NCBI GenBank assembly: GCA_963796105.1
Contig: CAWCKJ010000004.1
Coordinates: forward strand, 1,536,001 to 1,600,000
DNA length: 64,000 nt
Origin: a candidate division FCPU426 bacterium
Lineage (GTDB): Bacteria; Oederibacteriota; Muellerivitia; Muellerivitales; Muellerivitaceae
Direction: 5' to 3'
Notes under the pieces: generated by a model
The model's input: the letters and a program-made list of their open reading frames with translations, nothing else
What the model was told of the DNA's origin: nothing
The model's database searches: none
Part shown: piece by piece, positions 49,581-59,100 of the stretch
How positions within the stretch are numbered: position 1 is the stretch's first letter
Layout: each line of letters starts with the position of its first letter
Program-made: the position numbers and the translations under genes

Positions 49581-50495
49581 TCACTTTCCGGAAAAGGCTT
49601 TAACCAGCGTGGACACGATGAAATCGAATTTCGAGAAGACATCCTTGGCCTCCGGCACGCCCTTGACCTCGGTGGGGATCTCATAGGCGGTCCCATCCGC
49701 CTTCTTGGCCAATTGCTCGGCCGCGTCAGCCTCGTAATAGGGCTGGTACAGCACCACCTTCACGCCCGCCGCTTTCATGGCCTCCGCTGTCTCGTTCAAG
49801 TAGCGCGGGTTGGGCGGGATGCCGGGCTTTGGTTCCACCGTCCCGAAAAGTTTCAAGCTGAAGCGGTCGATGAAATAATCGAAATTCTTGTGGTAGGTCA
49901 CGACCTGCGCCCCCTTGTAAGGTTTCAAGGCTTTTTTCCATCCGGCCAAGGCTTTGTCGATTCTCGCGTCGAAATCCTTGGCGTTGGCCGCGTAATCGGC
50001 GGCGTTTGCGGGGTCCAGGTCGGAAAAAACCTGGGCCAGGTGGTCGGCCACGACCTTCAAGTTGAGAGGGTCGGTGTAATAGTGCGGGTTCCCCAGGGGA
50101 TGCACGTCTCCCTCGGCCCGGCTGACGGTCCCGATTGGTTTCTCCAGGACGTTGACTCCCTCGGAGGCGTCCACGAAACCCTTGGCCCCGGCCTGGATCT
50201 TGGGATTGCGGCTTCCGGGAAGAACCAGGGGAAGCCAGCCCCCGTCCAGTTCCAGGCCCACCGAGATGAACACGTCGGCGTTCTGGATGGCCTTCATCAG
50301 GCTGGGCTTGGCCGGCACGAAGTGCGGGTCCTCATATCCCTTGCAAAGACTCGTGGCCGTCACGTGTTTGCCTCCCACCTCCTGGGCCACGGAGGCTAGG
50401 TCCTCCAACGCTGTGGCCACCTTCAGGTCCGCGAAGGCGGGCAGGGCTAAAAACCAGGCTAACATCACCGTCATGATTGCTTTTGTAAATTTCAT
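49581..50495 (-). CDS. Metal ABC transporter substrate-binding protein (ZnuA type)
   Basis: Signal peptide, DPH, GLELD, GDVHPLGNPH, TYHKNF, EPKPGIPP. Confidence 0.92.
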   Translation of the reverse strand: MKFTKAIMTVMLAWFLALPAFADLKVATALEDLASVAQEVGGKHVTATSLCKGYEDPHFVPAKPSLMKAIQNADVFISVGLELDGGWLPLVLPGSRNPKIQAGAKGFVDASEGVNVLEKPIGTVSRAEGDVHPLGNPHYYTDPLNLKVVADHLAQVFSDLDPANAADYAANAKDFDARIDKALAGWKKALKPYKGAQVVTYHKNFDYFIDRFSLKLFGTVEPKPGIPPNPRYLNETAEAMKAAGVKVVLYQPYYEADAAEQLAKKADGTAYEIPTEVKGVPEAKDVFSKFDFIVSTLVKAFSGK

Positions 50496-50611
50496 CTTTT
50501 TCTCCTTTTTTAAGTTTGTATCTGATTTTTTGTTTTGAATTTAAAGTTTTAAATTGTTGGGATTTCCGAGAAACGGAAATTTCATTAATTCAAAATTGCC
50601 TTTCTCTGTTT

Positions 50612-51736
50612 TTAGTAAGAGTGAGGCGGGTGGAACCCGATCACGTAGTTGAATTGAAGCATCACCCGGTTGTCCACTTGCCCCGCGTCGTTGCGGGCGT
50701 AGCTGTAGTCGGCCCGGACTTCCGAGAATTCCGAGGCCAGCCAAGCGATGTCAAAGGTGCCCCGCTGGACGTGTCCCGTGAGCGAGTTTTCGGTGGGGTC
50801 CACCGCCAAATCGTTCACGGTGTGGAAGCATTCCTCGGCGCGGATTCCGGTCCACCATTCCTGGCTCAACCGGTACTGGAAGGAACCGTACCACCCGTCC
50901 GACTCCTGGTTGTAGGTGCCGTCGTCGTAGGAAACCTTCTTGAGGTATTCCCCCTGGAGGATCCAGCCGTTCTGGTTGGACCGCCGCAAGGGAACGTTCC
51001 GGAAAGTCAGGTCAGCCCCATAGACCGCGTGGTGAAGGCCGTCAACCCCCATGCCTGTTAGGTCGGAAGCGCCCAATTCCATGGTGGTGTTCTCGTCCAC
51101 GTCGAAGAGGTTCTTCAAGTGGGCCAGGTAGGGGATGTTGTCCTGCGAATTGGAGCCGAAATCCAGGGGATGGTTGCCCTGCCCGCCGTTCGCGGTTTCG
51201 TCATTGGCCACGGGGGTATAGGCCCCGCCGGTCAGTTCGCAAAACCAAGGGAAGGGGGTAAGCCAGGATGCCTGGATTCCCGCGTCCTTGAAACCCTCCA
51301 TGCCGATGGTATTGCCCATGACGATGGGGGACTGAATGAAAGGGAAGGCGTGGGTGTGCAACTGGCCATGCTTCCCGAACTGGGCCCGCAACTCTCCGAC
51401 CTTCAATTGCAGGTCCGGGATGCTTTCGCAGGTGGCGTAGGCTTCCTCGGCTTCAACGGTATCTGGAATTCCGTGGGCCGGGTCGGCCGCGAAAACCAAA
51501 TTGGCCGTCAGGGTCCAGTAGGGGTCCACCGTTGAAATCACGCTGAGCTCTGCCTCCTGGAACTGCATACCCATGGGCTCGCTCAGGTTGGGGGCCGCCT
51601 GCCCCAGGAAAAGCGCGCTCATGCCGATGGCCGGGTTGGCCAGGTTGGAGATGATCGAGCGGGTTTGGGCCTGCGAGAAAGCCGGCGCCAAAGTGAGGGT
51701 GAAGATGAATACTAATAATTTAAAGCGATTGGACAT
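50612..51736 (-). CDS. Probable outer-membrane beta-barrel associated with metal uptake
   Basis: Signal peptide, NPAI, EAEL..VDPY, EEAY, HTHAFPF, SEFS, IGFHPPHSY end. Confidence 0.75.
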   Translation of the reverse strand: MSNRFKLLVFIFTLTLAPAFSQAQTRSIISNLANPAIGMSALFLGQAAPNLSEPMGMQFQEAELSVISTVDPYWTLTANLVFAADPAHGIPDTVEAEEAYATCESIPDLQLKVGELRAQFGKHGQLHTHAFPFIQSPIVMGNTIGMEGFKDAGIQASWLTPFPWFCELTGGAYTPVANDETANGGQGNHPLDFGSNSQDNIPYLAHLKNLFDVDENTTMELGASDLTGMGVDGLHHAVYGADLTFRNVPLRRSNQNGWILQGEYLKKVSYDDGTYNQESDGWYGSFQYRLSQEWWTGIRAEECFHTVNDLAVDPTENSLTGHVQRGTFDIAWLASEFSEVRADYSYARNDAGQVDNRVMLQFNYVIGFHPPHSY

Positions 51737-51786
51737 AATTCCTCCCGTGTAATCGGCTTGATTTAAGCCGTTAATGAACTTCTAAA

Positions 51787-52080
51787 TTACAGGAGGTTTT
51801 TGGGAGGGGACCTGCCGGAGGGAGAGATGAAATGGAATGAGAAGACGAAAGGCTGGAAGAAAAAAACAAGAGAGACTAGGAGAATGGGAATGAGCGGTGG
51901 GGGAGGGGCGGGCGTGGAAGGGGCCTGGGAGCCTGTCACCTGCCAACTGCAAATGGTGCAGTCGTCACTGCCTTCCAAGCTCTCGTGATGGTGGAAAGTC
52001 TCAATCGTCAGGATGGCCAGGAATGCCGCGAGGGCTGAACAGGCCAGGAATATCGAGATTTTTTTCTTAAACAAACCCAT
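51787..52080 (-). CDS. DUF2946-like leader protein
   Basis: TM, HHHE, CTIC, Pro-rich segment, C-terminal GRSPP. Confidence 0.7.
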   Translation of the reverse strand: MGLFKKKISIFLACSALAAFLAILTIETFHHHESLEGSDDCTICSWQVTGSQAPSTPAPPPPLIPILLVSLVFFFQPFVFSFHFISPSGRSPPKNLL

Positions 52081-52287
52081 TCTTTTTCAGGTCCGAGTTG
52101 GCTTTATTTTTGGCTTAGATAACCGTGATAGTGTAAGGAGAATGGGACCGAAACGGCAAGGGGTAAAAGGGAACTTATGGTTAATTTAAAGGCTTAACCT
52201 TTGGAAAAGGCGGGCTGGAAAACCACGGCCCGATTGGAATACATAAATCCGAAATTGAACCGCTCCGGGTTTAACCACCGGGCGATT

Positions 52288-53535
52288 CTATCGGATAGGA
52301 AAACCCTGCCCCCCATAAGGGGAGGTGTCCTCCGGTGTGGGGGTGGGGGGCGGGAGTGGAGTCGCTGTCGCGCCGGGATTCCCCGCCGGCGCTATCACCG
52401 GCTCATCGGGTTTGATCAACTTAAGCCGGATGACGCAGTTGTTTTGGATGTCCGTGATATAGAGACGGTTCTTGGAATCGCAGGCCACACCGCGGAACCT
52501 CGGGGGGGCGGCTAGTTTCAAGTTCTCGTCCTCGGCCCGCCATTGGCCGACGAAGTCGAAGCGCCCGTTGATGAATTCCACCCGGCCGGTCTGGCCGTCG
52601 GCCACGGCGATCATGCCGGATTTGGTCATGCACACCCCCGCCGGCTCCTTGAATTGGTAGGGACCGTCCCCATACCAGCCCATGACCGTGACGGGGCTGT
52701 TGCTGGTGGGGGTGGGCTCGATCGTGACGACGCCCGAATCGGTGCTGACCGGCGACGCCTCGATGCTGGCCGGTGTCCGGTCGTTAAAGACCTGGATGCG
52801 GAAGTTACCTGTGTCGGCCAGGATCCCCTGGTCGATGCCGTTTAAGGCCATTCCCAGGGGAAGGTTGAGGAAACCGTCCTGGGTGCCGTAAGTCCCCCAT
52901 GTGAAGTTGAATTTCCCCATGTTAGTGAAGTTGGAGACCCGGGAGTTCCCCGAATCCAGCACCCAGATGTTCCCGAAATGGTCCCTGGCCACGACGCGCG
53001 GATTGTCGAACTGGCGGTGGTGGGTCCCCAGGCTTCCCCAGGAAAGGTTGACGAGGCCGTCGGGGTCCAGCACGACGACGCGGTGGTTGAGCGTGTCGGC
53101 GACGTAGATCTGGCCGCCGGGCGCCACCATCACCCCCGCGGGATGGTCGAATTGCGGATCATTGCGCCAGACGGCGGCGGGGCCCCGGGAGCCGATGGAT
53201 TTGAGGGGCTGTCCGTCGCAGGTCCACACCTGGATGCGGCTATTCTGGGTGTCCGCGATGTAAAGCTTGTCGTCGGGGCTCACGAAAATTCCCTCAGGAC
53301 CGTCGAGTTCGTTCGGGCCCGTGCCTTTTGTCCCCAAGACGGTGTCGAAGGTGTAAATTTTCTCGCCGGTCCAGCTTTTAGGCAGGGCGTTGGGCGGGGG
53401 AGTCTGTTCGGGCGGGACAGCGACGGTGGGCGTTGAAGCCTTATTGGCGTCATCAGTCCAAGTGACGCCGGGAACGGCCATGAAAGCCAGGCAGAGGATT
53501 AGTAAACCGAGTATTATTTTTAAGTAGGAAGACAT
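52288..53535 (-). CDS. Secreted NHL-repeat beta-propeller protein
   Basis: Repeated P.G..V...YVADT.NHR / DSGNSR units; signal peptide; PTPTP tail. Confidence 0.9.
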   Translation of the reverse strand: MSSYLKIILGLLILCLAFMAVPGVTWTDDANKASTPTVAVPPEQTPPPNALPKSWTGEKIYTFDTVLGTKGTGPNELDGPEGIFVSPDDKLYIADTQNSRIQVWTCDGQPLKSIGSRGPAAVWRNDPQFDHPAGVMVAPGGQIYVADTLNHRVVVLDPDGLVNLSWGSLGTHHRQFDNPRVVARDHFGNIWVLDSGNSRVSNFTNMGKFNFTWGTYGTQDGFLNLPLGMALNGIDQGILADTGNFRIQVFNDRTPASIEASPVSTDSGVVTIEPTPTSNSPVTVMGWYGDGPYQFKEPAGVCMTKSGMIAVADGQTGRVEFINGRFDFVGQWRAEDENLKLAAPPRFRGVACDSKNRLYITDIQNNCVIRLKLIKPDEPVIAPAGNPGATATPLPPPTPTPEDTSPYGGQGFPIR

Positions 53536-53784
53536 GAAAACAATGCTATACGCCTAATTAATTCCCGTCAATGCTTCGATGGATGAGAACTTGCGTTTCA
53601 TATTCTCGATTTAGAAGATCTAACGAAATTACAGGCTTGGGAAAATTGCTCTGCCAATCACACATTAAGACGTTTTGATTTCTTTTGATTAATGGCATTT
53701 CCTTGCTGTGCCTCTGTGCGCTGTCGAAGACAGCCTGTGGTGAAAGAATTTTTGTTAGAAGTTCTTAATTTAGGGGCGCGCCGG

Positions 53785-54645
53785 CTATTTGCTTTTTTGA
53801 TCTATTGATGGAGTAACAACGTCCGTTGGGGATGGCTTGAATTGATCCGCCCTTTTTTTGGCCTCGCTTATTTGCCCGGCGCTCAAGCGTTTTTTCAGCC
53901 AATTAATTTCATCCTGAAGCTCCGCGGTTTTGCCGGCTTCCAGGCCGTCATGCCTCAGGGCCAGCAAGAACCACTTATAGGACTCCACCAGGTCCTTGGG
54001 GGTTCCCTCGCCGAGTGAAGCCATCTGTCCCAGGTTGACCTGGGCCTCCTCATCCCCCTGCCGGGCGGCTTTTTGGAACCAGTAATAGGCCTCGTCCCAA
54101 TCCCTTTCCATGCCCTCTCCCTGCGCGGCCATCAAGGCCAGGTTCATTTGCGCCGAGCCCAGGCCTCCCCTGGCCGCTTTCCTGAACCAGGAAACGGCCA
54201 TGGAGTCATCGCGTTTCACTCCCCAACCTGAATGGTAGAGAACGCCCATGTTGTTTTGGCCCCCCGGGTCGCCCTTTCGTGCGGAGCGCTCGAACCAAAG
54301 CTTCGCCTTGGCGTAATCCCTTTTGACCCCCAGGCCTTTCTCGAACATCAAACCCAAGGCGCATTGGCCGGCGGGAACGCCCTTTTTGGCGCTTTGCCGG
54401 AAATAAACGAGGGCCGAGGCAAAGTCCCGGTTTATCAAGGCCTGTTGGCCCAAACCGAGGGAATCCTCCGCTGACCGGCTGATTTCAGGCCCCGGCTTTA
54501 GCCGGGGACTAGCCGTGTACTTGGCCGGGGATTCTACCCCGGCCAAGTGGTGACCCGAAGGGTCATCCCTTGACGCCGGGAATGCTCCGGCTATTAAAAG
54601 GAAAAACATGAATAAGGATTGGAAGAAATGAGATCGGTTCATCAT
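53785..54645 (-). CDS. Sel1-repeat protein
   Basis: Repeats ALGLMFEKGLGVKRDYAKA, NNMGVLYHSGWGV, NLGQM..GEGTPKD. Confidence 0.9.
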   Translation of the reverse strand: MMNRSHFFQSLFMFFLLIAGAFPASRDDPSGHHLAGVESPAKYTASPRLKPGPEISRSAEDSLGLGQQALINRDFASALVYFRQSAKKGVPAGQCALGLMFEKGLGVKRDYAKAKLWFERSARKGDPGGQNNMGVLYHSGWGVKRDDSMAVSWFRKAARGGLGSAQMNLALMAAQGEGMERDWDEAYYWFQKAARQGDEEAQVNLGQMASLGEGTPKDLVESYKWFLLALRHDGLEAGKTAELQDEINWLKKRLSAGQISEAKKRADQFKPSPTDVVTPSIDQKSK

Positions 54646-54676
54646 GGGGAAGCTTTACTCTATGGATGAGAGGATT

Positions 54677-54994
54677 TTAGGCGCTCTTTTTACCGCGGAC
54701 AAGTTCCTTCGCGAAAACAATCCGCACTCCAAAGGCATGAAGAATCTTTTCAAGACTGGTAAGGGTTGGGTTTCCTTTTTCGGAAAGCGTGGTATAGAGG
54801 GCTTCCCTGGCCAACTGTGTTTCTTGGGAAAGTTTTTTCATCCCCCCCAGGGCGTCTGCCACGTTCTTCAAGGCTCTTAAAAAGTATTTAAAGTCCCCGG
54901 TTTCCCAAGCGGCGTTGATGTATCCAATCCGCCTTGCGGGTTTTTTCAATTCCTCGAATAAATATTCTTTGTGGTCAATTAACCTGAATTTCAT
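54677..54994 (-). CDS. Addiction module antidote protein (HTH)
   Basis: FLRALKNVADALGGMKKLSQETQLAREALYTTLSEKGNPTL. Confidence 0.9.
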   Translation of the reverse strand: MKFRLIDHKEYLFEELKKPARRIGYINAAWETGDFKYFLRALKNVADALGGMKKLSQETQLAREALYTTLSEKGNPTLTSLEKILHAFGVRIVFAKELVRGKKSA

Positions 54995-54995
54995 T

Positions 54996-55124
54996 TTAAA
55001 CTCCGTTAATCGCCGTCTGAATGCGTTCCTTGGCGGTATTATCCTTCAAACGACGGTGCCACTCTTTGTAAAGCTCTTTTCCGTCAACTTCCAAAAATTT
55101 CACTTCAAAAGAGTGGTTTTCCAT
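54996..55124 (-). pseudogene. Truncated RelE/HigB-like addiction module toxin
   Basis: MENHSFEVKFLEVDGKELYKEWHRRLKDNTAKERIQTAINGV* matches only the N-terminal half; directly upstream of the antidote. Confidence 0.65.
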
Positions 55125-55510
55125 GCCTGGGCCTAGAGTAATATATATATTACTTATTTTCAAGCCTTTCTTTCGCGAAAAGTTCCCTCAAGCCGCTTCC
55201 CCCTTCTTCCCGAATTTCACCAGCCAATATTTGCCCTGGGCTTTTATCGGGGCTGGCTGTGTACTCGTGAACTTTACCTGGACATCCGTCTTTTCAATGA
55301 AAGAGGGCTGTGGAAAATACGAGTGGCGGCTTGAAGAGCCGTTCTTGAAGGCTGCGGGGGCTGCGGACGGCGAGCCGTCTTTTATAAAAAATCCATAGCG
55401 TGGAAATTTAAGGTTTAGGGCCGGAAAGGGCAAGCGGATCTGGAGAAACAAGGGCAACCATTTTGGTTTTGTTGGAAATATGAACCGAAGGAAAATTAGA
55501 GAACTAAATT

Positions 55511-55735
55511 TTATTGAATTTCTCGGATCTGATTGTTGTTACTATCCGCAACATAAATAGTTTCAAAAGCATCAACTGCGACTCCATTAGGCCAATAGAA
55601 AGATGCAGCGGTTCCAGTTCCATTTGTGGCACTACCTGGTCCTCCTCCTGCCAGAGTCGAAACTACTCCTCCAGGTGTAATTTCTCGGATAAGATTATTG
55701 CCTGTATCCCCGACATATACATTTCCGCAAGAATC
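55511..55735 (-). pseudogene. C-terminal remnant of NHL-repeat protein
   Basis: GNVYVGDTGNNLIREITPGGVVSTLAG..PNGVAVD..YVADSNNNQIR. Confidence 0.8.
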
Positions 55736-55739
55736 GGCT

Positions 55740-56228
55740 GTATTCGGCAAGAGAGAAAAGGAAAACCAGGCTGAAGTGCTGGTGGCGGTTGAAAGCAAAG
55801 AATGGATAGATGAGAAAGGGCGCAAAAAAGAGAAAGCGGGTTTTGCAAAGATAAAGGTGACCGCAGAAACCAAGTGGGAAGCCCAAGCATTCGTCGATCA
55901 AGCAATCCAGAAAGGCGCCATGATAAACACGGATGCCAGTCCCAGCTTGAGAAACTTGGAAAACGTGGATGTGGAGTACCAGGTAACAGCCAATGACCCA
56001 GTGGTGTTAAATCACTGGTTACCTTGGGTCCACCGATTCATTTCCAACGCCAAGGCTTGGATCCTAGGAACCCATCATGGAGTCAACGTGAAATATCTGC
56101 CTGGATACTTGAGCGAATATACTTATCGGTTCAATCGTCGCCATGACCCAGATTCCTTATTTCACCGGGCCTTAACCGCTTGCGCTTTGGCAAAACCCAT
56201 TACTGCGCAAGCGTTGTTCGGATAGGCA
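55740..56228 (+). mobile_element. IS1595-family transposase, 5'-truncated remnant
   Basis: VLVAVE, INTDA, LPWVHRFISNAKAWILGTHHGV, YLSEYTYRFNRR. Confidence 0.85.
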
Positions 56229-56343
56229 TGTCAAACTGCTTTGGCATGGAAGGGGTACTAATATTTCTGGAACATCCAGCCATAATGGTAAAAACCGACA
56301 AAACCAGAATAGTTAGCGTTTGCAGAACTAATTTTTGAATCAT
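56229..56343 (-). pseudogene. N-terminal lipoprotein signal remnant (probable 5' part of the NHL gene)
   Basis: MIQKLVLQTLTILVLSVFTIMAGC lipobox, interrupted at the IS end. Confidence 0.55.
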
Positions 56344-56831
56344 ACTTGCCTCCGAATCTGACCGGCAATCCGAATTTGGGTCATTTGGCAAAGCAATATG
56401 ACCCTATTTTCTACCCTATAGACGGCATTATGGGGTTTTATTGCCTATATTTTATTTTTGGAAAAAAGCTAAGAAATTAACGGTATTTATGGTTGATGAA
56501 ACAAAGCGATATCTGAAGGTTTTCTGGCAATGGCCGAAAGTTCATAGGCTTCCACTCAATTGACCATAAATGAATGACTTCTGCGGTCAGTGTTACCTGA
56601 AGCTTGCCCAGCCGCTGGGCAAAATTGCCGTATTTATTAGCTTGCGACCACAGAACTGTCCAGCGGCTGGACAGATAACACCCATGGGAATCGAATCGCG
56701 CAACTTTTGCGGAATCGCGCAACTTACCAGCACAAGTCTTGCACCGACTCGGGGCAAAATGACGGTAGGTGTCACCAGGTTATCTCGGGTTATCGACGGA
56801 AATGTGGGCAGAAAGCCAATATTCACCACAT

Positions 56832-56905
56832 GCCAGCCTTCCACTAAGCTTTTAAAGAGGCTGGTATCGTACCGATCTCAATAATAACAAACGAAAGATC
56901 GGCAC
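56832..56905 (+). repeat. Two-hairpin element, copy at second locus
   Basis: GCCAGCCTTC..GAGGCTGGTA-TC-GTACCGAT..ATCGGCAC. Confidence 0.8.
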
Positions 56906-56978
56906 AGGGTCCCAGAGACTCAGCCAAAGGGGTGATTTATTGAAAAATTCACCCAGCTATGCCGATAGGCCCTCTCCA

Positions 56979-57272
56979 TGCGAGCGGGATCCCCGGCGTC
57001 TGCGGGCAGGGCTTCCTGTGCCTGCGGGCAGGGTTTCGGGACCTGCGGGCAGGACTTCCAGCGTCTGCGGGCAGGGCTACTGGCGTCTACGGGCAGGGCT
57101 TCCGGCACCTGCGGGCAGGACCCCCGAAACTTGCGGGTAGGGCTACTGGCATGTGCGGGCAGGGTCTTGGGACCTGCGGGCAGGCCTACCGACGTCTGCG
57201 GGCAGGACTACCAACACCTGCGGGCAGGGCTACCAGGACATGCGGGCAGGACTCCCGAAACTTGCGGGCAGG
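56979..57272 (+). repeat. Tandem array, period 22 (21) bp, core TGCGGGCAGG
   Basis: Cores at 57001, 57023, 57044, 57066, 57088, 57110, 57132, 57154, 57175, 57197, 57219, 57241, 57263 plus a degenerate one at 56979. Confidence 0.95.
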
Positions 57273-57531
57273 GGATCCACTGGAACTGCCCTGGAACCTT
57301 GGAACCCAGGAATCCTGGAACTCTGGATGCATATTCCAATTGAAAGCGCGCACCCAATCCAATCGAATCCGCGCACTAAATCCAATCCAAAGCGCGCACC
57401 TAATCCAATCGAAAGCGTGCACCCCTAGAAAGCTATTTCTAGGGTTTGAAGGGAGGGCGAACGATGCGGGATAACCTTCAACAGGGTTATTCTTGGCCTT
57501 TTTTGGTTGTTCCAAAACCAAGGAGGTCGGA

Positions 57532-59079
57532 ATGCCAAGGGAGCGTTCATCCATGCGTCAAATCAGGGAAGTATTGCGGTTGAAGTACGAGAAGGGGCTG
57601 AGTCTTCGAAATATTGCCCGAGGCTGTGGACTAGGCGAAACAACTGTTCGGGAATATATCATCAGGGCGCAGAAAGCCGGGTTGGTTTGGCCGCTTCCAG
57701 CCGATTTGGACGATGCCACGTTGGAAACACGACTATTCCCCTCGGGTCCCATCGAACCCAGAAATAAATCCAGACCCCTGCCCACCTGGAATCAAATCCA
57801 CCAGGAACTTAAACGCAAGGGCGTTACCATGGAGCTCTTGTGGCAAGAGTACAAGAATATCCATCCCGATGGATACCTGCGAAGCCGTTTCTTCGGGCTC
57901 TACCGGGACTGGACCCAAACCTTGGATGTTTCCATGCGGTTGGACCACAAGGCCGGTGAAAAGTTAATGGTCGATTACGCCGGCCTAACCATGCCCGTTG
58001 TGGATCGCTTGACCGGGGAAATTCGTGAAGCCCAAATCTTCGTGGCCGTGTCCTGCGCCAGTAATTACGCCTATGCCGAGGCCACCTGGACCCAGGGACT
58101 TCCAGATTGGATCGCCTCCCACCAAAGGGCTTTCAGATTCTTCGGTGGTATCCACGAGTTGATAGTTCCCGACAATCTCAAAAGCGGCATTACCCGTCCT
58201 TGCCGCTATGAGCCCCAACCCAATGCCACCTACCAGGAACTCGCCAACCATTACGGTACTGCCATCCTTCCGGCCCGGGTCCGAAAACCAAGGGACAAGG
58301 CCAAGGTAGAAAAAGGCGTTCAGGATATCGAGCGTCAAATCCTAGCGGTTCTTCGCCACCGGCAATTTTTCTCCCTCGCCGACCTCAACGAGGCCATCGC
58401 CGAGCTTTTGGTGAAGTTCAATGCCAAACCCTTCCAGAAGATTCCCGGTTCCCGAAAGTCCCTCTTTGAGGAGCTGGAAAAGCCCCTTTTGAAGCCTCTT
58501 CCTGAGGTTCCCTACGACTTCGCCCAATGGAAACAAGCCCGGGTGCATATCGACTACCACGTCGAAATCGACCGACACTATTACAGCATTCCCTACCAAT
58601 TGGTCGGCCAAAGTATTTGGGTTCGAACCACATCCTCCATCGTGGAATGTTTCCACCAACACAAGCGGGTGGCCAGCCATTTACGGTCCTTCGTGAAAGG
58701 CTATCACACTACCTGCAAGGACCATATGCCCAAGAATCACAAGGACTACGGGGATTGGAGCCCCGAAAGACTTTTGCGCTGGGCTCATTCGCTGGGGGAT
58801 TCAGTCGAGAAATGCGTGGAACAGATATTGGCTTCCAAAGTTCATCCCCAGCAGGGTTACCGGGCCTGTCTGGGACTTATCCAACTTTCCAAGCAGTTCG
58901 GCGCGGCGAGGCTCAACGCCGCCTGCTCGCGCGCTTTGGCTTCCAACGCTGTTTCCCGAAGGAGCATCCAGTCCATCCTCAAGACCGGCCTGGATCAGCG
59001 TCCCTTGGAAAGCCAAGTGGTGTGTTTACCCCTTCCCCTGCACGACAACGTACGGGGATCGGCCTATTACCAGCTTTGA
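57532..59079 (+). CDS. istA: IS21 transposase
   Basis: HTH, VDYAG, VPDNLKS, PRDKAKVE; AGGAGG RBS. Confidence 0.95.
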   Translation: MPRERSSMRQIREVLRLKYEKGLSLRNIARGCGLGETTVREYIIRAQKAGLVWPLPADLDDATLETRLFPSGPIEPRNKSRPLPTWNQIHQELKRKGVTMELLWQEYKNIHPDGYLRSRFFGLYRDWTQTLDVSMRLDHKAGEKLMVDYAGLTMPVVDRLTGEIREAQIFVAVSCASNYAYAEATWTQGLPDWIASHQRAFRFFGGIHELIVPDNLKSGITRPCRYEPQPNATYQELANHYGTAILPARVRKPRDKAKVEKGVQDIERQILAVLRHRQFFSLADLNEAIAELLVKFNAKPFQKIPGSRKSLFEELEKPLLKPLPEVPYDFAQWKQARVHIDYHVEIDRHYYSIPYQLVGQSIWVRTTSSIVECFHQHKRVASHLRSFVKGYHTTCKDHMPKNHKDYGDWSPERLLRWAHSLGDSVEKCVEQILASKVHPQQGYRACLGLIQLSKQFGAARLNAACSRALASNAVSRRSIQSILKTGLDQRPLESQVVCLPLPLHDNVRGSAYYQL

Positions 59080-59100
59080 AATCAATCACAAGGAGGACGT

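Noticed and set aside
55188..55457. 89-aa ORF on the minus strand
   Set aside because: No recognisable motif or RBS, so I cannot support it as a gene.
56979..57272. CRISPR or TIGR-like guide array
   Set aside because: The core is only 10 bp, the linkers are related to each other with a 131-bp higher-order duplication, and I recognise no Cas or Nop-domain gene nearby.
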